Assembly (NCBI GenBank): GCA_023261645.1
Contig: JAHFOO010000003.1
Coordinates: 31,951-95,950 of the forward strand
Length of the DNA stretch: 64,000 bases
Reading direction: 5' to 3'
From: Candidatus Moraniibacteriota bacterium
GTDB taxonomy: Bacteria; Patescibacteriota; Minisyncoccia; Moranbacterales; UBA1568
Positions 9,501 through 21,500 of this stretch are shown here, piece after piece (positions within the stretch are counted from its first letter, which is position 1; the number at the start of each line of letters is the position of its first letter). The position numbers and the translations under genes are program-made. The notes beneath the pieces are model-generated. The model had not been told where the DNA came from, did not search any database, and saw nothing but the letters and a program-made list of their open reading frames with translations.

Positions 9501-11049
9501 ATTCATTCTTTCTTTCCTTATTATCGGAATATGCATCGCTTCGGGAATACTTTTTTGGTATCGGCCGGATTTTCTTCTCTGGCTGTCACCGGGAAACACC
9601 TCTGAACTCTCTGTACCCGTGGAATACAAATCAGGAGCGCTCGCACTCGAAGTGAACAATGCACAGATTGTCTCCAAAGATGAGTACAACCTTACCTTTC
9701 CGCTCTCTGGTACCGTGGATGAAGTATTTGCACAGGAAGGGACCGTAACGGATGTAGGTACCAAACTCGTGAAATTAGAAACACGCGAATTGGAATTGGA
9801 ACTCAAAAAGAACGAGGCTCTCTTGGCAGAAGCGGAAGCAAATCTCGCCAAACTCCGAAAGGGAACGCGTCTCGAAGAAATAGCCGTGTACGTCGATAAG
9901 AAGAACAGCTCCGAAACTACCCTGAAAAATCAGAAACAAGCAGCCATCGATACTGCCTACGATGCTTTCATTCAATCAGACGACGCTATACACAACAAAA
10001 CAGACCCTCTCTTCACGAATCCGAATACCGCTCCCCAACTCACGTTCACGCCGAGCGACAGTGGTCTTGAAAACGATATTGAATCCGAACGCTTGTCGCT
10101 CGAAAGCAAGCTCAACGACTGGAAGAATAGTGCCAAAGATATGAAAACATCCGGTGATATACAGAAGTATATCAATACTGCGAGAAATAACCTTGGAGAT
10201 GTTACCTCGTATTTGGACAAGATAGCTCTCGCTGTAAATGCTCTTGTGGCTGGCAGTATTACCCAAAACACGATTGACTCATGGAAAGTTTCCACTATCG
10301 CGGCACGTACCGCTGTCAGTACGGCGACATCGAATGTAGGCACTGCGGAAGCTTCTTTCAATGGTGCTCGTAAAGATCTCTCTGTAGCCGAAAGTGAGCT
10401 CGATTTGAAAGTAGCAGGAACACAATCCGATGACGTCATAGCAGCAGTGAATGCCGCCGAAGTTGCAAAAAATCAAATGGAGGTAGTCAAAGAACATATG
10501 CGACAATCGATCCTCACGGCTCCTGAGACGGGACTGACCATCGAGAAAATCTATCCGAAAAAAGGTGAGTACGTACAAAGCGGTATGCCTGTCGCCATCG
10601 TTTCACAATCGACCCTCGAAATACAGGTTGATGTCCCAGAAGAAGACATCAGCTCTGTTTCCATCGGGAATACGGCAACCCTCACGCTTTCCGCTCTTCC
10701 TCGTGAGAAAATTTCAGGTACCGTTTCCTCCATCGAACGGAAAGAAATAGAAAAGGAAGGGAGTATTTATTTTCGTTTCCATATTTCTCTTCAGTCAGAA
10801 TGGGAAAAGAACGAACGCTTACGTCCAGGAATGACAGGAAATATTCTCATCTTCGGAACGAATATCGGCAAGGCGCTCCGCATACCACAGTCCGCTCTCT
10901 ATACTCGGGACGGAGTGATCTATGTGAAAGTCATCCGTCCATCCAAAAAAATTGAGGAGGTGGGAGTGAAAGTAGGTGCCGAAGGAGAAGGCTACGCGCA
11001 GATTATGGCCGGTCTCGGTGCAGGAGACAAAGTAATACTCAAACCCTGA
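9493..11049 (+). CDS. Efflux periplasmic adaptor (HlyD/MacA family) with a long coiled-coil insert
   Basis: N-terminal TM; lipoyl halves (LTFPLSGTV / ILTAP..G); VDVPEEDI; LRPGMTG; IPQSAL. Confidence 0.9.
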   Translation: MFKFILSFLIIGICIASGILFWYRPDFLLWLSPGNTSELSVPVEYKSGALALEVNNAQIVSKDEYNLTFPLSGTVDEVFAQEGTVTDVGTKLVKLETRELELELKKNEALLAEAEANLAKLRKGTRLEEIAVYVDKKNSSETTLKNQKQAAIDTAYDAFIQSDDAIHNKTDPLFTNPNTAPQLTFTPSDSGLENDIESERLSLESKLNDWKNSAKDMKTSGDIQKYINTARNNLGDVTSYLDKIALAVNALVAGSITQNTIDSWKVSTIAARTAVSTATSNVGTAEASFNGARKDLSVAESELDLKVAGTQSDDVIAAVNAAEVAKNQMEVVKEHMRQSILTAPETGLTIEKIYPKKGEYVQSGMPVAIVSQSTLEIQVDVPEEDISSVSIGNTATLTLSALPREKISGTVSSIERKEIEKEGSIYFRFHISLQSEWEKNERLRPGMTGNILIFGTNIGKALRIPQSALYTRDGVIYVKVIRPSKKIEEVGVKVGAEGEGYAQIMAGLGAGDKVILKP

Positions 11050-11053
11050 AGTT

Positions 11054-11671
11054 ATGTCTCTTGTTTGTAAAAAAGCAACTACCATCGGAGAAAAAAATCG
11101 GGCTCGCTCCATCGTAGAACACGAATATCTCAAGATGGGTTATCTCATACACAAAGAGGCAACACCTCCACAGATACCCAGTACTCCCTATCTCAGGGAA
11201 GCAACATCCGAAACATATGCTCTCTATTTAGACAAGAAAATCATCGGCACCATTTCGATAATTATGGACTCGGTACACGGACTGCCGATGGACGCGCTTT
11301 TCAAAAGCGAACTTGATACCTTTCGGAAGAAAGACGAGCACCTCGCAGAAGTGGTACAGCTCGCCATCGATGAAGAGATACTCGCTCAATCAGGAATGCT
11401 CAAGAAAAACATTGAGCGTCTCCGTTTCCTTACTTCATTGTTTCAAGCAGTACTCCGATCTGCTCATCGGGCACATATCAGCACATTATGCATTATGGTA
11501 AACCCAAAGCACGATACTTTTTATGAACACATCGGTTTCCGGACCATTGGAGAGGAGAAATCCTATCCCCCTCTCCAGAATGCACCGGCTGTACCGAAAG
11601 TGCTCACACTCAAAAACAAGCTAAATAGTATCGTAAAAAGCCACATCCTAAGCCAAATATTATATATTTAG
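11054..11671 (+). CDS. N-acyl amino acid synthase, FeeM/OxzA-like GNAT acyltransferase
   Basis: Y..GY, GTISIIMDS..GLPMD..F..ELD, AEVVQLA, I.VNPKH..FY...GF, NAPAV: motif set of the acyl-ACP-dependent FeeM family. Confidence 0.8.
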   Translation: MSLVCKKATTIGEKNRARSIVEHEYLKMGYLIHKEATPPQIPSTPYLREATSETYALYLDKKIIGTISIIMDSVHGLPMDALFKSELDTFRKKDEHLAEVVQLAIDEEILAQSGMLKKNIERLRFLTSLFQAVLRSAHRAHISTLCIMVNPKHDTFYEHIGFRTIGEEKSYPPLQNAPAVPKVLTLKNKLNSIVKSHILSQILYI

Positions 11672-11697
11672 AAAGACATTCTGAGTAAGGACAAAGG

Positions 11698-11706
11698 TGC
11701 TATAAT
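11698..11706 (+). promoter_or_regulatory. Extended -10 promoter for the acyltransferase-PPTase-ACP genes
   Basis: TGCTATAAT 31 nt before ATG 11738. Confidence 0.55.
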
Positions 11707-11737
11707 AGAAGTACGCTTTGATGATCATAGAGCTCTT

Positions 11738-12421
11738 ATGGCTGATGACGATAAACAGACAATGTCTCTTTTCAGAAAGATGAAGGATGGTACCATCGTC
11801 TTTTTCCAATTACTTTCGTATTTTTTCTTTCTTTTTTTCTTCCGCCCGTTTCTTCATATTAAACGCACATTACCGGATAATATCTCACGATTGAATCGCG
11901 GATCGCTCCTGGTAGCGAACCATCAGGCAAAAACCGACCCATTCATCGTTATGGGATATCTGCCGTTGCTTTCGTTTCTGAAACTTATTCCTGTACGTTT
12001 CCCAGCAGACAATCATTATATGAAAATTCCTCTCGTCGGTTCCGTTCTCCGGCTTTTCGGATGTTATGATGTCGGAGGGAACACACGTGAACGAATGCTT
12101 GTGCTTCTCCGTACATGTGAGCTCATCCGGTCCGGAAAAACAGTCTTTCTTTTCCCTGAAGGAGAGATTGCTCAATCGGAGAGAGTTCCATTTCAGAAGG
12201 GCATCAACTTTTTCATACGCGAAGCGAAAGCAGTCATTTTCGTAAGAATAGATGGCTTCAACCCTCAGAATATTGCGTCACTGGAAGAAAAGGAACGTCG
12301 ACTCTCCTATGGAGAAGTATGCGATACCGAGCTCACCAGCCTCGATGTCGTCAAACTGCAGGATTATTTCGACCTCCTGACAGAAAGCCGTTCCCCATTC
12401 ATTATCCGCAATGATAAATAG
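11738..12421 (+). CDS. Lysophospholipid acyltransferase (PlsC/LPLAT family)
   Basis: NHQAKTD (HX4D) and FPEG motifs. Confidence 0.88.
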   Translation: MADDDKQTMSLFRKMKDGTIVFFQLLSYFFFLFFFRPFLHIKRTLPDNISRLNRGSLLVANHQAKTDPFIVMGYLPLLSFLKLIPVRFPADNHYMKIPLVGSVLRLFGCYDVGGNTRERMLVLLRTCELIRSGKTVFLFPEGEIAQSERVPFQKGINFFIREAKAVIFVRIDGFNPQNIASLEEKERRLSYGEVCDTELTSLDVVKLQDYFDLLTESRSPFIIRNDK

Positions 12422-12431
12422 ATAGTGCCTT

Positions 12432-13103
12432 ATGCAGATTTCCTTCTGCGAATATTCCTCAGTAGCCACCGTATCACCGGAACAGTTCCTCAATAAGGAA
12501 GAATACCTTCGGTGGTCGAAGCTTCCTCAAAAGAAAAAAATGAGTTCCCTCATCGGCAAGGTGACTGCGAAACGAGCGACGCAAGCTCTCTGGGAAAAAC
12601 ATTGCGGAGCAATACTTCCATATCATACTATCAATATACGACATACCTCTGCCGGTATGCCACGCATACATACATATCCGATTCTCCTCAGCATCAGCCA
12701 TACCGATGACTGTGGCATCGCTCTGGTCGCTTTGGATAAGCCTCATCTTAGGATAGGAATAGATATCGAACGCATCCGCACCTTCAATCAGAAATTCATC
12801 GATGGCTTCCTCACAAAAAATGAACAATCCTGGTGCGAAGAGAAGTCTGCCGATGAAAAAAAGAGACGACAGACGCTCTCTTGGTCTTACAAAGAAGCCT
12901 TCCTCAAAGCTCTCGGCACAGGATTACGAGAACATCCGAAAACTGTTGAGATTTCTCCCATAACTTCTGCAAAGGTTTTCCTCTCTTGCAACGGCTATCG
13001 AGGAGAAGGCAGGGAGATAACACTCCCAGGAAAATGGGGGAACTATGTCGCTACTGTAGTAGAAATATATCCATTCACAAAAAAAGAATCCCTGTATCAA
13101 TAA
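12432..13103 (+). CDS. 4'-phosphopantetheinyl transferase (Sfp-type)
   Basis: G.P, SISHT, IGIDIE, WSYKEAFLKALGTG. Confidence 0.93.
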   Translation: MQISFCEYSSVATVSPEQFLNKEEYLRWSKLPQKKKMSSLIGKVTAKRATQALWEKHCGAILPYHTINIRHTSAGMPRIHTYPILLSISHTDDCGIALVALDKPHLRIGIDIERIRTFNQKFIDGFLTKNEQSWCEEKSADEKKRRQTLSWSYKEAFLKALGTGLREHPKTVEISPITSAKVFLSCNGYRGEGREITLPGKWGNYVATVVEIYPFTKKESLYQ

Positions 13104-13116
13104 TATCTCTGCGACT

Positions 13117-13362
13117 ATGCCACACACTGACACTCTCACAACCAAGGTATATGAAATCATACACCAAGCGACACGAGTCCCCCTCGAAAAGATTTCACTA
13201 AATGCCGAACTTGAAGACCTTGTTGATGATTCCATACAACTGTTCCAGCTCATCCTTTCTTTCGAAGAGGCTTTCGGAATGCGCGCGAAGTATCAAGATC
13301 TTATGAAAATCATCACGGTCGGCGATATTGTCGATTATCTGAAAAAAATACAGTCTCTTTGA
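13117..13362 (+). CDS. acpP: Acyl carrier protein
   Basis: 81 aa, acidic; DDSI Ppant serine motif, FEEAFG, TVGDIVDY. Confidence 0.9.
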   Translation: MPHTDTLTTKVYEIIHQATRVPLEKISLNAELEDLVDDSIQLFQLILSFEEAFGMRAKYQDLMKIITVGDIVDYLKKIQSL

Positions 13363-13406
13363 AGCGAATATATATATATATCCTCTATGAAGCAGTCCGG
13401 TGGATA

Positions 13407-14750
13407 TCACTCATACCTCAAGGCTTCCAAAGCATGAATTTTTGAGGCGCGCATAGCAGGAAATATCCCCGTCACCAATCCGAGGAAAAAGATGAAGACA
13501 ATGATAGAAATAATGAATATGGAAGGGACTTCCACAAATGACAATGGGGTAACATTATATTTCTCCCCCAAAAAATTGATAACATAATTTACACCTCTGG
13601 CCACTCCATAACCACCGAGCAACCCGATGCTTCCGCCAAAAAAACTGATCAGAAACGCTTCAAAAATAAACATTTTAAATATATCAGCTCGCTTGGTTCC
13701 GAGCGCTTTGAGGATACCAACCTCCTTGGTACGTTGCAAAAGAGAGATACTCAAAGTATTCAACATTCCCATTGCAGAAATAGACATTATGATGGTACCG
13801 AAAATCACCAGAATAATCCGAACTATCAGAAAAAATGAATTGATTTCGGTAATAGTATCGATAATACTCTCTGTAGTGAAGGCTGTCTGCTCTATCTGAA
13901 GACGTACCGACTCAATGACACTGTCATCCTTGACACGTACTTTTGCAAACTGTCCTGCGACATTGCCATATCGTTTCTGAAACTCTTCAAAAGAAAGAAA
14001 TGCGTACACAGCATCATCCTTGGTTTGGTCTTTCACAATACCCACTATCGTAAGCGTATCATCAGTATCTCTCTTGGACGTTTCTTCCGGTGTTGATTCT
14101 GTATCATTAGCAAACATATCAGCTGTCACAGTACTCGTGTATGTTATCTGTTTTCCGATGCTCTCTTCCGGTTTCTCAAAACCGAGGAGATTGGCAAGTT
14201 TTGGTGTGATAAGGACGCCATTCGATTCAGTAAAAATCTTGCTCCCTATTTCTTGATTGATGTCAGAACGAGCCAAATCAAGATAGTGTCGACTGATCAC
14301 ATTGATAACAACATCCGTCTGTGTATCACCATTTGAAAATTTTCCTCCGACACTTGTTCGTGTTTCCACTTGCTCAACTCCTCCGATATTTCTCATTCTC
14401 TCAAGTGCGACATTGTCCATCAAAATAAAATTATCGAGACTCTTATTGCTCACATCGATGATATTGCTCGGATTATTCTTGGTCACCTCTCGAATGACCA
14501 TATCCTGGATTCCGAATCCAAGCGAGATGAGTAAAGTAATGATGCCGATGCCGATGCCAACACCTCCAATCGTCAGGATAGAACGGAGTTTGTTTGAAAT
14601 CATATTCCGATATCCGATCAATAATACCGATGAAAATTTCATATGAGCAAAAGGTTCTCTCTTTGTCGAGCGCGTGCGAACGAAAAGATTCCTCTTCCTA
14701 TCCGGAGGAGATGCTGGTTGTTGGTTGCTGTTTCGTAATGAAGAATGCAT
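13407..14750 (-). CDS. ABC transporter permease (MacB/FtsX family)
   Basis: NKLRSILTIGGVGIG; QRTKEVGILKALG; ALRYE C-terminus. Confidence 0.92.
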   Translation of the reverse strand: MHSSLRNSNQQPASPPDRKRNLFVRTRSTKREPFAHMKFSSVLLIGYRNMISNKLRSILTIGGVGIGIGIITLLISLGFGIQDMVIREVTKNNPSNIIDVSNKSLDNFILMDNVALERMRNIGGVEQVETRTSVGGKFSNGDTQTDVVINVISRHYLDLARSDINQEIGSKIFTESNGVLITPKLANLLGFEKPEESIGKQITYTSTVTADMFANDTESTPEETSKRDTDDTLTIVGIVKDQTKDDAVYAFLSFEEFQKRYGNVAGQFAKVRVKDDSVIESVRLQIEQTAFTTESIIDTITEINSFFLIVRIILVIFGTIIMSISAMGMLNTLSISLLQRTKEVGILKALGTKRADIFKMFIFEAFLISFFGGSIGLLGGYGVARGVNYVINFLGEKYNVTPLSFVEVPSIFIISIIVFIFFLGLVTGIFPAMRASKIHALEALRYE

Positions 14751-14756
14751 ATTTTT

Positions 14757-15497
14757 TTAACTTTTTTTCATATCTTCCTCGATCATATCAAACGAATTCT
14801 GATTAATGACATCAGAAACGATTTTCCCATCCACCATACTGACAATTCTCGAACTGAACTTATACTGATCCGTGTTGTGCGTCACCATCAGAATGGTGAT
14901 GCCAAACTGCTTTGAAATATTTCTCACAAGTGTCATCAGTACCTCTCCTGCTTTCATATCGAGGTTGCCAGTCGGCTCATCAGCAATGATGAACTTCGGA
15001 TTAAGCAGGAGCGAACGAGCAAGAGCGATCCGTTGTTGCTGACCTCCGGAAAGATCGAATGGACGATGATTTGCCCACTCTCCCATCCCCACAAGTTCAA
15101 TCAGTTTGGCAGCAATAGTGACGCTTTCGTGAAATGTCTTGCCAGCGATAACTCCTGGAATGGCGATATTTTCGATTACTGTCAATGATTTGATCCAAAA
15201 TGGCTGTTGCGGAATAAAACCAATATTTTTATTCCTGAAATTTGCTCTCCAGTCCTTGCTCTGGGTCCAAATATCGTCGAGCTCGATAGTAACCGTTCCT
15301 TCTGTGGGGCTTTCGAGACCATAAATGGTATGAAGAAGCGTCGATTTTCCACAACCGGAAGGACCAACTAACAATATGAACTCACCTTTACGAACTTCAA
15401 GGTTGATACCGTGTAACACCTGAATGTCTTGAGTTCCTACGCGAAAAGACTTCTTCAGATTCATCACTTTGATAACAATTTCTTTTTCTTCGACCAT
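14757..15497 (-). CDS. ABC transporter ATP-binding protein
   Basis: GPSGCGKST, LSGGQQQR, ADEPTGNLD. Confidence 0.95.
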   Translation of the reverse strand: MVEEKEIVIKVMNLKKSFRVGTQDIQVLHGINLEVRKGEFILLVGPSGCGKSTLLHTIYGLESPTEGTVTIELDDIWTQSKDWRANFRNKNIGFIPQQPFWIKSLTVIENIAIPGVIAGKTFHESVTIAAKLIELVGMGEWANHRPFDLSGGQQQRIALARSLLLNPKFIIADEPTGNLDMKAGEVLMTLVRNISKQFGITILMVTHNTDQYKFSSRIVSMVDGKIVSDVINQNSFDMIEEDMKKS

Positions 15498-15515
15498 ATG
15501 TATTTCTTAGAAAGT

Positions 15516-18500
15516 CTAATTGCCACGAAGTCTCGACATCCATCCGAAATTATTGAGAAAGGTTCTCGTCACCACTTCAGCCGCGCTGGATGTAGCTTGT
15601 TCTACCGGAACAGTAACTGCATCAGAGACCGTTACATTTTCTGCCTCATCATACGCTTCTATCTGATAACTATACACATCCCCCGCCTCCGCCGGAATAG
15701 TAATGAGATGGTAGGTATTGTAAGTATCGTCGCTCGTCGACTGCTCAAATGATTTTGTTACGATTCCCTTCGCATATGCCACGTGTATACGTGATGCTTC
15801 GTCGGTTTCGATTCTGATATACACATTGGCCTGAGCATTTGTGCCTCGTCCAGACACTCGTCCCATTGCCTTGTTTGAAATAATTCTTGGTGGGCGAGAA
15901 TCAGTACGTGTCGTAACCTTTTGTTCGAAGGGTCTCGCCTGAATATGATACTGGTCATTTCCGGTCACGGTAACCATATATTCTACCGCAGGATCAAGAC
16001 TGGAAATCTCCGCCGTATGTTCTGTCGTCAAATCTTCTGTCAAATATGTGTGGTTGTCTCCCGATCCTGATTTATAGTATATCAGAGTCGATGTTGGTAC
16101 ATTGGTCTTGTACGTGATAGTCACTGTCGGTAAATCGACATTTTCTTTGTTTTCTATAATCACCTCAGACACTACCGGTTCTTCCGGCGTACTGAATGAA
16201 TACTGGTCCGAAGAGAACGTGTTCAAATCACCATCGATACAGTCTATCTGTGCCGAATAATCAGAAGTAGGCTGAAGATTGTCTATCTTCTGGATATGAC
16301 TCGATCCCCCCGATGTTTCCTCGATACTATACGAACCATATTTCAGAGTACAGGTAGCGCTCACGTTTGTCTTCCAATTGACATAGGCTGTGTACAATTG
16401 AATGTCAGTAATCGTCAAATCAGAAATGACCGGCGGTGGCAACGTCGTGAATGTATCCACTGTTGACGTACCGATATTGCCATCCGGATCGATATACTTC
16501 ACGCTATAAAAATATTTCGTCCCAGCATCCAGCCCTTTCACCAAGACTCCGTGTGTCGTCACTGAATCCACCTGTCCAGTTGTCTCACCAAGCGAGATGG
16601 ACTTTCCATATTCGATAAATGAACTCGCCACTCTATCGGTCGCCCACTCGAAAGTCGCTTGAAAAGATTGTGTCGTATAGCTCGGCGTACCGACTAATTT
16701 TGGCGCGGTCGTGTATTTTCCTGTCGGAATAATCGAGACTGTCGAAGAAGCGGCGGAATAATTATTCGTCTTGTCTTTGGACTTCACATAATAATAATAC
16801 AGCTTACTTTCCAAAGTAGTATCACCGGATGCAAGGAGGATCTCGCCGGAATCGACATAAGCACTTCCTGTCGTCTTGGCAATTTCGGTGAATGTAACGT
16901 TATCTTCGGAACGATAAATGACAAACCCATCAAAGTTGGCAACATTGATGCTATCCGGACGAGCCCACTTCACTGCGACACCATATTTGGCGTTTTCTCT
17001 GTCTGAAGTATCAAAAACCTGTACATTACCCGGAATAGGCGGGTTACTAGTATCAGCCGTAAATGTTACTGTAGCATAGTTCCCCCATTCGATATTTCCC
17101 GATTCGTCCCCAGCCACCACGAAGAAGAGGTTGTCACCCTTCTGAGTCGCAAAGGCGCTCGGGCCAGCCGCTTTGGCCGTCGTCGCCACTGAGTTGTTTG
17201 CCGTTGGCAACATATTGATCGAATAATGATAAATAATTTTCGTCGGATCCCCTGCGTACGAAGCTGGTGTATCCCAGGAAAAAGTAAATGAGTTATTCGT
17301 AGAAGAAGATGGTGTCGCAGTCAAACTCTGTGGTGGTGTCGGCGCGCTGGCGCTGTAATAGTATTCCTGCGGAAGTGGCGGAGAAACATTACCAGCACCA
17401 TCCACCACTCGAATATAAAATTTATTCTTACCAGATTGATAGGCACCAACGATATGATTCACATTCGGAATAGTCAGTGCCACTTGGTTGACATCAGGGA
17501 TATCTACCCAGACATTTGGAACATCACCATCAGTACGATACTGTAGTTTCGCCACACCGGAAAACAGATCAGCTGAATCAGCTGACCAGGTGAAAGCAAA
17601 ATTATCCGTCGCCGTATAGCCGGTCGGGAGAACAGAAACAACAGACGGGTTGGTCGGAGCGATATTATCAAACTTGTAGATGAACGCACTGTACGAAGTA
17701 GATGTGATCATTCCCGCATTATCTTTTGTCATTATCTTCAAATAGTATGTCTGTCCTGCTGACAAACTGCTCGCCGTATAATTATTCGCTGTTTGAAAAT
17801 TCACCGGGTCGGCATTTATGTCTATACCGAAGTACACATAGTAGCCAGCAACTCCTGATCCGCCTACACCATCAGTCGCGCCATCGGCGACATCGACAGC
17901 TGGCCACTCAAAGTACGGCGCCGTATGATTGTACCAGGTATCCGTCGTCATACTCGTTACCTTTGTTCCGTCAGTATACGCACTGATGGCACTTGGATTG
18001 GTCGGTTCCGTGATGTCCTGATAGTAACTCACTGCATAATCAGTGATGAGTGGTGAGAAAATCTGATCCGATGATGAAAGATTCGCTCGTACTTGAAAAA
18101 AACCATTCGGTAGAGAGTTTATTTTGAATGTATGTGTTGTCCCCAATACCTGTTCATTGGAAACATTTGTCCAATTCTCCCACGTCGCTCCATCAGCAGA
18201 AGTTCTCGTTTCAAATGTGACAAAAGTATTGTTTGGTAACGTGTAGTTGACTGAAAAATTCGCCCACTTGTACACAGAAACGAGATTGATAGTCTCCGAA
18301 GTATAAACCCCCGTCTTCTGAAAACCAGTGCCGTTATCACTCGAACTCACCACGTAACTATAAAGTCCGTCTGGATAGGAGTTGGTGCCGTTTCCGGCGA
18401 TGACCCAGTTCCGATTGCTTGCGTGCTTCTGAAAACCACCAGTATTCACTTGCGCAGGAATATCCGTCACAGCACTCCAAGTACCTGAAAGACCATCGGC

Positions 18501-21500
18501 GATCCGATACCGATAATAATTCGAGGTGTTGAAACCACGAGTCATATAGATATATCCGTCTCCTCCATCGGCAATACTGCCACCGGTACTGATGGTGGCC
18601 GGTAGTATCGGCATCGCCGCCCAAGTACCCGCCCCGATATCATAGCGGTAATCCGTATTGTTTCCTCCACGAACCGAATAGATATACCCTCCATTATATA
18701 TCATCTCTCCACCGGTCGTAACAGTGGGTGCTCCGACTGTAGAAAGTGCCGACCATCGAGAGCCATCACTCCCATTCAGATCATAGCGCCACCAAGTCGC
18801 CTGACCCACTCCACGTGTGAGGTAGATATATCGTAACCCATCATAGGTCATACTCGATCCGGTGCCGACCTGAATCGGAGGGCGATCTGTCGTCACCTCG
18901 CTCCAGGTATTGGTCGGGATATCGTATTTATAGAAATAATTACTGGCCCCGCTCCGTGAAGTGCGAATTGTTCCGGGAGAATAGTAGATCTCACTATGAT
19001 TCCCGACATACACAAGACTTGATCCATCATACGCTCCTACTGGCAATCGAGCCATTTCCGTTGTTGTTCCTGTTCTTATATTGTACCGGACAAAAACATT
19101 ATCATAACTGCCACGAATCATATACATATTTTCATTGTCATCAGTGACCGCAAATGTTCCGGCACCGAATGGGAAGTATGTCGTCGCATTGATTACTGCC
19201 GGCCCGAACAGTCCGCGGGTTGGTACCTGCCAGGAACTCTCAGCGATACTGTAACGATAAAAATTCGTCGTGTTCGCACCACGCAAGGCATAAATATAAC
19301 CGTGATACACCACCTGGGAAGCGCCGTGATCAAATGTTCCTGGAGTATCTGGCAATTGAGACCATTCATTGATGGCGACATTGTAACGGTAATAATTGTT
19401 TTTCCAATTACCACGAGTCATATAGACGCTGTTCGATGTCGCATCAAAGGCCAGGCTTCCTCCCGTATACACACCCGTCGGCGCCGAAGCCAGTACCGTC
19501 CAGGTATTGGCGACTTCGCCATGCGCTACATCCGTCGCGATGGAATATTTTGCAAAGTACGGGTAATAATTTCCTTGAACGACATAAACATTATTGCGCC
19601 CATCATATACGCTGTCAGAGCCATAATTGACCGTCTGCCCATCCGTGGCATTCGGATTGCCGAATTGCGCATTGACTTTGGCACTCCAAGAATCATTGAT
19701 CGTATCATACCGATAAAAGGCGTCATCACTCCCCGGCAAACCATAGATATACTGCGATCCATCATAGGAGATCGACCCGCCAGCGTAGAAATTCTTCGGC
19801 GCACTCGAAACAGTGGACCAAATATCAAGTGCGATATCATACTTCCAAAATGTCGGCAAATTCCCTCCTTGTGTGGCATAGAGAAACCCATTCGGACCCC
19901 TCTCGATCGATCCTCCATATCCGACCACCCCCGGTGTCACGGCTAGAGCAGTCCAGGTGTCTGTCGCCAGAGCATAGCGATAAAATCCAGTGGTATTACC
20001 ACCCCGAAGTGCAAAAATATAGTCACTTCCATCATAGGTCACTTGAACACTGTCACTACCATAATACATCAAAGCAGGAGCATTGGTTATACGCGACTGA
20101 TTCCAGAATCCGGTACCATCACTGGCACTGAGCCTAAGAGCATCGGTAACATCAGTCGCTGAAACATCTGAGAGTGTCCCCGCCGAAAAATCGGCCTGGC
20201 TCGTTTTCGTTGCAACCAATGCCGGCGCCACTCCGTTATACACATAGGTAAAAGCCGAATAAGTTGTGGCACTCACATTACCATTATTGTCTTTGGTCTT
20301 GATCCGGAGATAATAGGAAGTGGCAGTAAGAGCAGTATTTGCTTCATACGCAGTACTCGTTTGATACGATCCATCCACTGCCGGATCAGCACCGGCATTG
20401 GTACCAAAATAGACGTAGTACCCTTCTACTCCCGCCTCCGGACTACTCGCGCCAGAAAAGGAAAAGTACGGGTGTTCATATGAGTAGGATGATCCGGAAG
20501 TAAGCGTCACACCTCCGGTGTTTTTCGAGTAAGCGTTGACCGCAGTCGGATTGATGGGCAGTGTATCGGAGTTATTATAGGTTATGGTGTAATCAGAAGC
20601 CGTCGGTGTATTCGCGCCATCCGTCGTAGAAAGGGTGATCCGCACCTGGATATAGCGTTCTGGAGGCGAAGCAATGGCTGTACCACTCACTGCCTCCCAA
20701 TCCGACCACGTCTCGGCATCAGTACTCGTCCGAGTCTCATAGACGATGCTCGTACCGGCAGGTGTCGTACTGTTTGCGACAAACGACACCCAGTTCGATG
20801 CTTGTGATACATCAAGAGGTTCGCTCACATAACTCCCTGTACTCACGAAATTATTTGTTCCAGCCGTGAAGCTCCACATATCTGTCGTTGCCTGACCGGT
20901 CAGAGCATAGAAAGAATTGCCTCCAGCGTATTCGATGTTCGCACCATTGTACGGTCCACGTCCATAGAGGTATTTTTGATTTGATGGCAACATCCGCCAC
21001 GTATCAGTCGTAATGGTATACTCCCAGGTTTCGTCCTTATAGTACCCGGCGAGCGCATAAATCTTACCATTCGCAAATGTCAGACTAGTACCATAGTACT
21101 GGGCGAAAGGTGTTGAGGAAAGAGTTGACCACGTATTACTCCCCGTATTGAAACGAAGAAATGCCGTTTCGCCATCACCAAAGGTCGCGTACAGATTCGT
21201 ACCATCGGAAACCATTTTGGCACCGATATTCGCATTGTAAGTAACACCGCTCACCACCGAAGTAGCCAGCGTCGTCCAAGCCAACGTTGTGGAATTCAAA
21301 CTGCTGTACAAATTAGGAGTCCCATTCCCTCTCAAAACATACACTTTGTTATCCGAAGCATTATACACAGCACTTCCACCGTTTGATACTGTTCCCGGCA
21401 ATACCGTCATTACTGCCCAGGTATTCGTGGAAATTGTATATCGGTAGAAAGTTGTTGTTCCATTGCCGAGAGGATAATAAATGTAATTACCCACCAATGT

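Noticed and set aside
13117-13362. RiPP interpretation of the ThiF plus nitroreductase pair (azole-forming) with a small precursor peptide
   Set aside because: No YcaO and no Cys/Ser/Thr-rich precursor; the small ORF is a clear ACP, and the FeeM-like acyltransferase points to acyl amino acid substrates.
13368-13381. (TA)7 run between convergent genes
   Set aside because: Short microsatellite in AT-rich intergenic DNA, not in a promoter or reading frame.
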